Positions 1 to 7,811 of a stretch of DNA of 64,000 bases are shown here, in pieces. Origin of the DNA: Candidatus Latescibacterota bacterium (GTDB taxonomy: Bacteria > Latescibacterota > UBA2968 > UBA8231); assembly GCA_965221775.1 (NCBI GenBank), contig CBDCSU010000005.1:1408001-1472000 (forward strand), written 5' to 3'. The notes under the pieces were generated by a model. It searched no databases, had not been told where the DNA came from, and saw nothing but the letters and a program-made list of their open reading frames with translations. The position numbers were made by a program, and so were the translations under genes. Position 1 is the first letter of the stretch, and every line of letters begins with the position of its first letter.

Positions 1-1
1 G

Positions 2-94
2 GCCGCGGCCACGGTGGTGGTGCTGGCCATGGGAGCGGCGCCGGGGTGGTTCTGGGACCGGTCGGCGGAGGCGGTGGCGGCGCTGTTGGGGTAG
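2..94 (+). CDS. 3' end of a membrane protein running in from the left edge, possibly NuoN/antiporter-like
   Basis: Frame 2 reads AAATVVVLAMGAAPGWFWDRSAEAVAALLG* (TAG 92-94). The hydrophobic helix followed by GxxP resembles NuoN C-termini. Confidence 0.35.
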   Translation, partial: AAATVVVLAMGAAPGWFWDRSAEAVAALLG

Positions 95-184
95 AGTCAG
101 TCCCCGGCCACGCTCGCCTCAGCCGGCGGCGGACGGCTGCACGCCACCTTCCCACTGTTCACGGCGATCAAGTAGATTCAAAGC

Positions 185-520
185 ATGGACCGCGAGACGC
201 TGCTCAAGCACATCCGGGCGACCCACTTCGAGTCGGGCGACGGCGAGCTGGCCCTCGCCGATGCGCGGCGCATCGCCGCGTACCTGGCTGAACAGGGGGC
301 GAGCCGGGTCGTCGGAATCGGGTCCGCCTTCGAGCCCTCCCGCCCGTTCACGGACCGCTCGGACATCGACCTCGTCGTCGAGGGCATCGAGCCGGCCCGT
401 TTCTTCTCGGTCTCCGCCGGCGCCGCCGCCATGACCGATTTCAGGCTCGATCTGACCGCCTTGGAAGTGGCCACCGAGTCCTTGCGCCGCGTCGTCAGCG
501 AGAGCGGGGTCGAACTGTGA
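185..520 (+). CDS. Minimal nucleotidyltransferase (MNT) antitoxin
   Basis: 111 aa with a GS...SDIDL Pol-beta-type motif; overlaps the downstream HEPN gene (GTGA); TAGATT lies 6 nt before the ATG. Confidence 0.85.
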   Translation: MDRETLLKHIRATHFESGDGELALADARRIAAYLAEQGASRVVGIGSAFEPSRPFTDRSDIDLVVEGIEPARFFSVSAGAAAMTDFRLDLTALEVATESLRRVVSESGVEL

Positions 521-987
521 AACTGGAAGAGGTAGTGGCCCGGAGGCTGGCCGCGGAGATCGAGTCCGAGCTACCGAGCCTTGCGGCCCTGGGCGAGGAG
601 CTCGCCAAGGCTCCACGGAAGGACGACACCTATTCGGTGAGGGCCCGCGGCTCGATCCTCCACGACTTCTACAACGGCGTCGAACGCGTCTTCCTGCGCA
701 TCGCGCGGGAGCTCAACGGAGGGGTCCCGCGGGGGGACCAGTGGCATCGGGACCTCGTCGACGACATGACGCTCGAGATCGCCGAGGTCCGCCCGGCTGT
801 CATCGATCTGGATCTCGCCAGGACTCTCGGGGACTACCTCCGATTCCGTCACCTGTTCCGGAACGTTTACGGAGGCGTTCTGGATGCGGAGCGAATGGCG
901 TCCCTGGAGAGGCGGTTGCCGGAGACTCTCGCGGCCTTTCGCGAGCGGGTCGAAGCGTTCGTCGCGTGGATGCTGGACCGGGGCTGA
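517..987 (+). CDS. HEPN-domain ribonuclease toxin (HepT-like)
   Basis: LHDFYNGVERVF, WHRDL and FRHLFRNVYG motifs typical of HepT-like HEPN; coupled to MNT. Confidence 0.85.
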   Translation: MKLEEVVARRLAAEIESELPSLAALGEELAKAPRKDDTYSVRARGSILHDFYNGVERVFLRIARELNGGVPRGDQWHRDLVDDMTLEIAEVRPAVIDLDLARTLGDYLRFRHLFRNVYGGVLDAERMASLERRLPETLAAFRERVEAFVAWMLDRG

Positions 988-994
988 AGATGCC

Positions 995-1321
995 TCAGTC
1001 CTCGGCGGCTCTCTCCAGGACCTGCTGCACCCAGGCGTTCATGCTCAGCCGGTGACGGGCGGCCTGCAGGGCGACCTTGCGATGCAGCTCCGGCGTCGTG
1101 CGCAGCATCAGCTTCCCGGAGAAGGGCTTCTCCGGCGGACGGTCCTGCTCCCGGCAGAAAGCCAGGTATTCCTCGACCGATCGGCGCATCTCGCGCCGCA
1201 GCTCGGCCACCGAGGAGCCGTAGAAGGTGATGATGTCGTTCGTGTTGACCACGGTCCCGTGAAACGAGCCGCTGTCGGGCTCGAAGTCGAAGACGCCGAG
1301 ATATCCCTTGTACTCGATCAT
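995..1321 (-). CDS. hicB: HicB-family antitoxin
   Basis: MIEYKGY...FHGTV...DIITFYG...SVEEYLAFC...PEKPFSGKLMLR...SMNAWV, i.e. HicB with a C-terminal RHH. The likely start is ATG 1321. Confidence 0.9.
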   Translation of the reverse strand: MIEYKGYLGVFDFEPDSGSFHGTVVNTNDIITFYGSSVAELRREMRRSVEEYLAFCREQDRPPEKPFSGKLMLRTTPELHRKVALQAARHRLSMNAWVQQVLERAAED

Positions 1322-1428
1322 GGTGTCACCCCTGTACTCTGCAGGAATCGGCGGAGATCCCTCACCGCGCCCCTGCTCATCTCCGGACCCGGATGAGGCC
1401 GGTGGAAGACGGCATGGCGCCGGTTCAT
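1318..1428 (-). pseudogene. hicA: Internally deleted HicA toxin remnant (36 aa)
   Basis: Manual translation gives MNRRHAVFHRPHPGPEMSRGAVRDLRRFLQSTGVTP*. The HicA N-terminus is joined directly to the HicA C-terminal AVFHRPHP motif, and the stop overlaps the hicB start (ATGA). Confidence 0.85.
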
Positions 1429-1434
1429 CCCTTG

Positions 1435-1462
1435 ATGATAGCACAGTGTGATATCTCGTCAA
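1435..1462 (-). promoter_or_regulatory. sigma70-like hicAB promoter with overlapping palindromic operator
   Basis: Minus strand TTGACG(1462-1457)-N16-TATCAT(1440-1435)-N6-ATG. Inverted repeat GATAGCAC-AGT-GTGATATC at 1437-1455 with one mismatch. Confidence 0.7.
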
Positions 1463-1484
1463 CTCCCTGGGGGAGCCCTGACCG

Positions 1485-2885
1485 ATGCTGCTGACGATCG
1501 CCACTACCTGGCGGCCGGCGACCGACCTCGGGTACCTGCTGGTCAAGAACCCGGCCCGCTGCCAGTCCTTCCCGCTGCCATTCGGGCAGGCCCACGTCTT
1601 CTACCCCGAGGCCGGCGAGGACCGCTGCCAGGCGGCGCTGCTGCTGGATCTCGATCCGGTCGGTCTGGTGCGCCGCCCCCGGGGCGCCAACTCGGGCGAC
1701 GGCGGCGCCCTGAGGCAGTACGTCAACGACCGCCCCTACGTGGCGTCCTCCTTCCTCAGCGTCGCCCTGGCCCGCGTCTTCGGGTCCGCCCTCAAGGGCA
1801 ACAGCAAGGACCGGCCCGAGCTCGCCGACACGCCGATCCCCCTCGAGGCGGAGGTCGCCGTGCTGCCCTGCCGCGGGGGCGAGCCGTTCCTGCGGCGCCT
1901 CTTCGAACCGCTGGGTTACGCCGTCGAGGCCCGGCGGCGGCCCCTCGACGAGCGCTTCCCCGAGTGGGGGGAGAGCCCCTACTACCAGGTACGGCTGGCG
2001 GCGACCTGCCGGCTCCGCGACCTGCTCTCCCACCTCTACGTGCTGCTTCCCGTGCTCGACGACGACAAGCACTACTGGGTCGGCCAGGAGGAGCTGGACA
2101 AGCTGCTGGCCCGGGGAGAGGGCTGGCTGTCCTCGCACCCGGAGCGGGAACAGATCGCCCGCCGCTACCTCAAGCACCAGCGCTACTTGGCGCGGGAGGC
2201 GCTGGAGCGGCTCACCGCCGAGGAGGATCCGCCGGCGGGCGCCGGGCCGGACGACGAGCAGGAGGAGGAGAGTCTCGAGCGCCCGATCAGCCTCAACGAG
2301 CAGCGCCTCGCCGCGGTGAGGGAGGCGCTCCGGGAGGCCGGGGCGCGCAGCGTCATCGATCTCGGCTGCGGCGAGGGCAAGCTCCTCAGGGCCCTCCTCG
2401 ACGAAGGCGAGTGCGAGCGCATCGCCGGCATGGACGTCTCCTTCCGCGCCCTGGAGATCGCCCGGGAGCGACTCAGCCTCGAGCGGCGGCCCGCGCCGCA
2501 GCGGGAGCGACTCGAGCTCTTCCAGGGCTCCCTCACCTACCGCGACGACCGCCTCTCCGGGTACGACGCCGCCTGCGCCGTCGAGGTGATCGAGCACATC
2601 GACCCGCCGCGGCTGCCGGCCTTCGAGCGTGTCCTCTTCGAGTTCGCAAAGCCCGCCACGGTCATCGTCACCACGCCGAACGCCGATTACAACAGCCGCT
2701 TCGATTCCCTTCCCGCGGGGCTCTTCCGCCACCGCGACCACCGTTTCGAGTGGACCCGGCGGCAGTTCCGGGACTGGGCGCAGGCTGCCGCCGCCCGCTT
2801 CGGATACTCCGTCCGCTTCCTGCCGATAGGCGAAGAGGACGAGGATCTCGGTGCGCCGACGCAGATGGCCGTGTTCTCGCGATGA
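1485..2885 (+). CDS. hen1: 3'-terminal RNA ribose 2'-O-methyltransferase Hen1
   Basis: ATDLGYLLVKNP, YVNDRPY, DDDKHYWVG, DLGCGEG SAM motif, EVIEH, TTPN, RHRDHRFEWTR. Confidence 0.97.
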   Translation: MLLTIATTWRPATDLGYLLVKNPARCQSFPLPFGQAHVFYPEAGEDRCQAALLLDLDPVGLVRRPRGANSGDGGALRQYVNDRPYVASSFLSVALARVFGSALKGNSKDRPELADTPIPLEAEVAVLPCRGGEPFLRRLFEPLGYAVEARRRPLDERFPEWGESPYYQVRLAATCRLRDLLSHLYVLLPVLDDDKHYWVGQEELDKLLARGEGWLSSHPEREQIARRYLKHQRYLAREALERLTAEEDPPAGAGPDDEQEEESLERPISLNEQRLAAVREALREAGARSVIDLGCGEGKLLRALLDEGECERIAGMDVSFRALEIARERLSLERRPAPQRERLELFQGSLTYRDDRLSGYDAACAVEVIEHIDPPRLPAFERVLFEFAKPATVIVTTPNADYNSRFDSLPAGLFRHRDHRFEWTRRQFRDWAQAAAARFGYSVRFLPIGEEDEDLGAPTQMAVFSR

Positions 2886-5428
2886 AGATCACCGTTCCCG
2901 AGCCTTCCCTCGTCGTCCTCGCCGGCCCCTCGGGGAGCGGCAAGTCGACCTTCGCCCGGCGCCACTTCCGGCCCACGGAGGTGATCTCCTCCGACTACTG
3001 CCGCGGCCTCGTCTCCGACGACGAGAACGACCTGTCCGCCACCGGCGACGCCTTCGACGTCCTCCACTACATCGCCTCCAAGCGGCTGGCCGGCCGCCGT
3101 CTCACCGTGGTCGACGCCACCAGCGTCAAGCCGGAGGACCGCGCCGGTCTGATCGCCCTGGCCCGCGAGCACCACCTCCTCGTCGCGGCGATCGTCCTCG
3201 ACCTGCCGCCGCGGCTGTGCCAGGAGCGCAACGAGAGCCGCGACGACCGCGACATTCCTCCCCAGGTCGTGCGCCGCCAGAGCCAGGCCCTGCGCCGCTC
3301 CCTGCGCGACCTCCGGCGGGAGGGCTTCCACTCGGTCACCGTCCTCGGCAGCCCCGAAGAAGCGGACGCGGCCGTCATCGAGCGCCAGCCCCTGTGGCCG
3401 GACCGGCGCGGCGAGAGCGGCCCCTTCGACATCATCGGCGACGTCCACGGGTGTCATGACGAGCTGGTCGAGCTGCTCGCCGCCCTCGGCTGGGAGGTCG
3501 GCTCCGGATCAGCGGGGCCGGAGGCGAGCCATCCCGAAGGACGGAAGGCGGTCTTCCTGGGGGACCTCGTCGACCGCGGGCCCCGCTCCCCGGAGGTGCT
3601 GCGCCTGGTCATGGGGATGGTGGAGGCGGGAACGGCCCTCTGCGTCCCCGGCAACCACGACGTGAAGCTGCTGCGCAAGTTGCAGGGGCGGGACGTGCAG
3701 ATCACCCACGGCCTCGCCGAGACCCTGGAGCAGCTGGAGCGCGAGCCGGCGGAGTTCGCCGGGGAGGCGGCGGCGTTCATCGGAGGCCTGGTCAGCCACT
3801 ACGTGCTCGACGGCGGCAACCTCGTCGTCGCCCACGCGGGCATGGAGGAGGCCCTCCAGGGGCGGGCCTCGGGCCGGGTCCGCGAGTTCGCCCTCTACGG
3901 CGAGACCACCGGCGAGACCGACGAGTTCGGGCTGCCGGTGCGCAACGACTGGGCCGCCGCCTACCGCGGCCGGGCGGCGGTGGTCTACGGCCACACCCCG
4001 GTGCCGGAGGCGGAGTGGGTGAACGGCACGATCAACATCGACACCGGGTGCGTCTTCGGCGGCCAGCTGACGGCGCTGCGCTACCCGGAGAGGGAGATCG
4101 TGCAGGTCCCGGCGCGGCAGGTCTGGTGCGAGCCGGTGCGGCCCCTGGCCGCCGCCCGGGAGGCGGCGGAGTCACGGCCGTACGCGGACCTCCTCGACAT
4201 CGGCGACGTCCTCGGCCGGCGGGTCGTCTCCACCCGCCTGCACCGCGGCGTCGCCATCCGCCAGGAGAACGCCGCTGCCGCCCTGGAGGTGATGAGCCGC
4301 TTCGCCCTCGACCCGCGCTGGCTCGTCTACCTGCCGCCGACCATGGCCCCCTCCGACACCGCCCCCGAGGGGGAGGAGCTCGAGCACCCGCGCGAGACCT
4401 TCGCCTACTACCGGGGCCAGGGGGTCTCCAGGGTGATCTGCCAGGAGAAGCACATGGGATCGCGGGCGGTGATCCTGCTCTGCCGGGACGAGGCCGCGGC
4501 GCGGCGCAGGTTCGGCGCCGGAGACGGCGAGACCGGGGTGGTGTACACCCGCACCGGCCGCCCCTTCTTCAGCGACCCGGACCGCGGCCGGGAGGTGGTG
4601 GCGCGGCTGCGCGCCGCCGTCGAGAGCGCCGGGTTCTGGCAGCGGTTCGACAGCGACTGGATCTGCCTCGACGCCGAGATCATGCCCTGGTCGGACAAGG
4701 CGCAGGAGCTGCTGCGCAGCCAGTACGCCCCCGCGGGGGCGGCGGCCTCGGCCGGTCTCGAGGCCGCCCTCGCCGCCCTGGGGCAGGCCGGGGCAAGGGG
4801 CGGCGGCAGCGACGAGCTGGCCGAGCACCTGCGGCAGCGGCAGGGCTGCGTCTCCCGCTACGTCGACGCCTACCGGCGCTACTGCTGGTCCGTCGACGGT
4901 CTCTCGGACCTCAGGATCGCCCCCTTTCACCTGCTGGCCACCGAGGGCCGCGTCCACAACGGCCAGGACCACCTCTGGCACATGGAGACCCTCGCCGAAC
5001 TGTGCCGGGCGGACGGCGAGATTCTGCTCCAGACGCGCCATCTCCTCGTCGACACTTCCGACGGCGACAGCGAGGAGCGGGGCACCCGCTGGTGGCGGGA
5101 GCTCACGGAGAGCGGCGGCGAGGGCATGGTGGTCAAGCCCCTGGACTGGCTCGCCCAGGGCCGGAGGGGACCGGCCCAGCCGGCCCTCAAGTGCCGGGGG
5201 CGGGAGTACCTGCGGATCATCTACGGCCCCGAGTACACCCTGCCCGGGCAGATCGAGCGTCTGCGGCAGCGGCGCCTGTCGACCAAGCGCTCCCTGGCCC
5301 TGCGCGAGTTCGCCCTCGGCCTGGAGGCGCTGCACCGCTTCGTCGAGGGGGAGCCCCTCTACCGCGTGCACGAGTGCGTCTTCGGGGTCCTGGCCCTGGA
5401 GAGCGAGCCCGTGGACCCGCGGCTTTGA
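2882..5428 (+). CDS. pnkp: Polynucleotide kinase-phosphatase-ligase Pnkp
   Basis: Start MKITVPEPS at ATG 2882. Kinase P-loop GPSGSGKS; metallophosphatase GDVHG/GDLVDRG/GNHD; ligase QEKHMGSR, EGMVVKP; C-terminal ESEPVDPRL. Confidence 0.97.
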   Translation: MKITVPEPSLVVLAGPSGSGKSTFARRHFRPTEVISSDYCRGLVSDDENDLSATGDAFDVLHYIASKRLAGRRLTVVDATSVKPEDRAGLIALAREHHLLVAAIVLDLPPRLCQERNESRDDRDIPPQVVRRQSQALRRSLRDLRREGFHSVTVLGSPEEADAAVIERQPLWPDRRGESGPFDIIGDVHGCHDELVELLAALGWEVGSGSAGPEASHPEGRKAVFLGDLVDRGPRSPEVLRLVMGMVEAGTALCVPGNHDVKLLRKLQGRDVQITHGLAETLEQLEREPAEFAGEAAAFIGGLVSHYVLDGGNLVVAHAGMEEALQGRASGRVREFALYGETTGETDEFGLPVRNDWAAAYRGRAAVVYGHTPVPEAEWVNGTINIDTGCVFGGQLTALRYPEREIVQVPARQVWCEPVRPLAAAREAAESRPYADLLDIGDVLGRRVVSTRLHRGVAIRQENAAAALEVMSRFALDPRWLVYLPPTMAPSDTAPEGEELEHPRETFAYYRGQGVSRVICQEKHMGSRAVILLCRDEAAARRRFGAGDGETGVVYTRTGRPFFSDPDRGREVVARLRAAVESAGFWQRFDSDWICLDAEIMPWSDKAQELLRSQYAPAGAAASAGLEAALAALGQAGARGGGSDELAEHLRQRQGCVSRYVDAYRRYCWSVDGLSDLRIAPFHLLATEGRVHNGQDHLWHMETLAELCRADGEILLQTRHLLVDTSDGDSEERGTRWWRELTESGGEGMVVKPLDWLAQGRRGPAQPALKCRGREYLRIIYGPEYTLPGQIERLRQRRLSTKRSLALREFALGLEALHRFVEGEPLYRVHECVFGVLALESEPVDPRL

Positions 5429-5431
5429 GGG

Positions 5432-5523
5432 TCCGCCGAATCACCCGCTGAGTTTCCGCCGAATCACCCGTTGAATATCCGCCGAATCACCCGCTGAGTT
5501 TCCGCCGAATCACCCATTGAGGC
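5432..5523 (+). repeat. Four tandem 23-bp repeats, consensus TCCGCCGAATCACCCGYTGAGTT
   Basis: Units at 5432, 5455, 5478 and 5501; the first 15 nt (TCCGCCGAATCACCC) are invariant; no spacers. Confidence 0.95.
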
Positions 5524-5552
5524 TTGCGGTACTCGGTGGACGGGTCTACTCT
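5524..5552 (+). promoter_or_regulatory. Putative sigma70 promoter of the AAA/DUF4143 gene
   Basis: TTGCGG(5524-5529)-N17-TACTCT(5547-5552), immediately after the last repeat and 10 nt before ATG 5563. Confidence 0.55.
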
Positions 5553-5562
5553 AGACCCCCGG

Positions 5563-6813
5563 ATGGAATACCTGCCGAGAATCGCCGATGCCGAGTTGTC
5601 CGAGTTGCTCGGAGCCGCGGGTGCGGTCCTCGTGGAAGGGCCCAAGGCGTCCGGGAAGACGGCCACTGCCATGCAGGCCGCCCACAGCGAGGTGCTGCTC
5701 GATGTCGACGACAATGCCCGGCGGCTGGTCGGCGCCGACCCGGAAGCGTTGCTGATGGGGGACACGCCGCGGCTGATCGACGAGTGGCAGATCGAACCCG
5801 CCATCTGGAACCACGTGCGCAGAGCCGTCGACCGGAGCGCGGCCCCCGGGCGGTTCATTCTCACCGGTTCGGCCGTCCCCGCCGACGAGATCACGCGTCA
5901 CACCGGGGCCGGCCGTTTCGCCCGCCTGCACATGCGCCCCATGTCCCTCTTCGAGAGCGGCCACTCCACCGGTGAGATCTCCCTGCGCCGCCTCCTGGAC
6001 GGCCGCGAACAGCGGGCGGAGCGATCCGAGCTGCCGGTTCGGACGGTGGCCGAGCTGGTCTGCGCCGGGGGCTGGCCGGCCAACATCGGCAAGGCGCTTC
6101 CGCAGACCCTGCGCGCCAACCGCGCCTACCTTGACGAGATCCGCCGCACCGACGTATCGACGGTCAGCGGCGGGACACGGGACCCGGTCAAGGTGGGACG
6201 ACTGCTGCGGTCGCTGGCGCGCAACATCGCCACCCCCGTGGCCATGTCGAAGCTGACCATCGAAGCCGGCGACCCCAGCGCGCCTCTGAAGGCGGACACG
6301 GCCGCCGGCTATCTCGACGCCCTGCACCGGCTCATGGTGGTGGAGAACCAGCCGGCCTGGTCCCCTCACCTGCGGTCGCGCACCACACTGCGGGAGGCGC
6401 CCGTCCGGCACTTCGTCGATCCCTCGCTGGCGGTTGCGGCGTTGCGGGCCACCCCGGAGCGCCTGACCGCGGATCTCGAGTTCCTCGGCCTCCTCTTCGA
6501 GTCGATGGTGATCCGCGACCTGCGGGTCTACGCCCAGGCCGCCGACGCGCAGGTCTTCCACTACCGCGAGAAGGAGGGGCTGGAAGTGGACGCCATCGTC
6601 GAGGCGGCGGACGGACGCTGGGCCGCCTTCGAGATCAAGCTGGGGGAGCGCTGGGTGGACGACGGCGCCAGGAACCTCCGCCGGCTGGCCCGCCGGCTGG
6701 AGAACAGCGACCACGAGCGGCCCTCCGCCCTCGCGGTCATCGTGCCGGCCGGGTACGGCACCGCGGGAACCGCGGACGTGGGAGTGATCCCCGTCGGGGC
6801 CCTGGGGCCATGA
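5563..6813 (+). CDS. AAA_14 ATPase with C-terminal DUF4143 nuclease-like domain
   Basis: MEYLPRIAD start; Walker A GPKASGKT; Walker B LIDEWQ; FILTGS; LFESMV; EVDAIV...AFEIKLG. Confidence 0.9.
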   Translation: MEYLPRIADAELSELLGAAGAVLVEGPKASGKTATAMQAAHSEVLLDVDDNARRLVGADPEALLMGDTPRLIDEWQIEPAIWNHVRRAVDRSAAPGRFILTGSAVPADEITRHTGAGRFARLHMRPMSLFESGHSTGEISLRRLLDGREQRAERSELPVRTVAELVCAGGWPANIGKALPQTLRANRAYLDEIRRTDVSTVSGGTRDPVKVGRLLRSLARNIATPVAMSKLTIEAGDPSAPLKADTAAGYLDALHRLMVVENQPAWSPHLRSRTTLREAPVRHFVDPSLAVAALRATPERLTADLEFLGLLFESMVIRDLRVYAQAADAQVFHYREKEGLEVDAIVEAADGRWAAFEIKLGERWVDDGARNLRRLARRLENSDHERPSALAVIVPAGYGTAGTADVGVIPVGALGP

Positions 6814-7805
6814 CCTTCCGGGTTCCCTATGAGCGCATGCTCGGCGAGTTCGAGCGCGCCCTGGCGGCCTCCGGCTTCGACGAGGCGGACGCCGCGGCGC
6901 TGGCGCGGGTCTTCGCCGACAACACCTGCGACGGCGTCGCCTCCCACGGAATCAACCGCTTCCCCGGTTTCGTGCGCGACGTGCGCGGCGGGCGGCTCCA
7001 CCCGGCGGCCCGGGCCCGGCGGGTGGCGGCCCTCGGGGCGCTGGAGCAGTGGGACGGCCACCGGGGCCCCGGCATCCTCAACGCCCTCGCCTGCATGGAC
7101 CGCGCCGTCGAGCTGGCCCGCGAGCACGCGGTGGGCGCCGTGGCCCTGCGCAACACCAGCCACTGGATGCGCGCCGGCACCTACGGCCTGCGGGCGGCGG
7201 CGGCGGGCTGCATCGGCATCTGCTGGACGAACACGACGCGCCTGATGTCGCCCCACGGCTCGGCCGAGAAGCGCCTGGGGAACAACCCCCTGGTGATGGC
7301 GGTGCCGGCGCCCGGCGGCGACCCCGTGCTCCTCGACATGGCGATGAGCCAGTTCTCCGGGGGCCGCGTGCAGATCCACGAGCGCAGCGGCGAGCCCCTG
7401 CCCGTGCCCGGCGGCTACGACGCCGAGGGCCGGCTCACCACCGACGCCGCGGCCCTGGAGCGCCCCCTCCCCATCGGCCTCTGGAAGGGCAGCGGCCTGG
7501 CCCTGTGCCTGGACCTGGTGGCCGCCCTCGTCTCCGGGGGCCGCACGACGGCGGAGATCTCGCGGGAGCCGAAGGAGGCGGGGGTGTCGCAGATGTTCCT
7601 GGCCATCGATCTGCGGCGGGTCGGGGATCCCGAGCGGGTGCAGGCGGCCGTGGAGGACTCCCTGGCCGACCTGGCCTCGGCGGGGTCACTGCCCGGGCAG
7701 CGGGTCGCCTGGCCCGGCCAGCGCAGCGCCGAGCGCCGGCGCGAGGCCCTGCGCCTCGGGGTGCCGGTGGAGCGGCGGTTCTGGGAGGAAGTGCTGGAGT
7801 TGTAG
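6810..7805 (+). CDS. yiaK: 3-dehydro-L-gulonate 2-dehydrogenase (Ldh_2 family)
   Basis: DGVASHGINRFP, LRNTSHWMRAGTYG, CWTNT, GNNPLV, DMAMSQFS, PIGLWKGSGL. Confidence 0.9.
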   Translation: MTFRVPYERMLGEFERALAASGFDEADAAALARVFADNTCDGVASHGINRFPGFVRDVRGGRLHPAARARRVAALGALEQWDGHRGPGILNALACMDRAVELAREHAVGAVALRNTSHWMRAGTYGLRAAAAGCIGICWTNTTRLMSPHGSAEKRLGNNPLVMAVPAPGGDPVLLDMAMSQFSGGRVQIHERSGEPLPVPGGYDAEGRLTTDAAALERPLPIGLWKGSGLALCLDLVAALVSGGRTTAEISREPKEAGVSQMFLAIDLRRVGDPERVQAAVEDSLADLASAGSLPGQRVAWPGQRSAERRREALRLGVPVERRFWEEVLEL

Positions 7806-7811
7806 GGCGTG

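Noticed and set aside
1448-2881. 1326-aa ORF suggesting a long N-terminal extension or a Hen1-Pnkp fusion
   Set aside because: The upstream part is an off-frame read through hen1 (Arg/Pro/Gly-rich). Pnkp starts at ATG 2882, overlapping the hen1 stop.
5432-5523. CRISPR array
   Set aside because: The units are contiguous 23-mers with only an 8-nt semi-conserved tail (units 1 and 3 are identical). There are no unique spacers and no cas genes.
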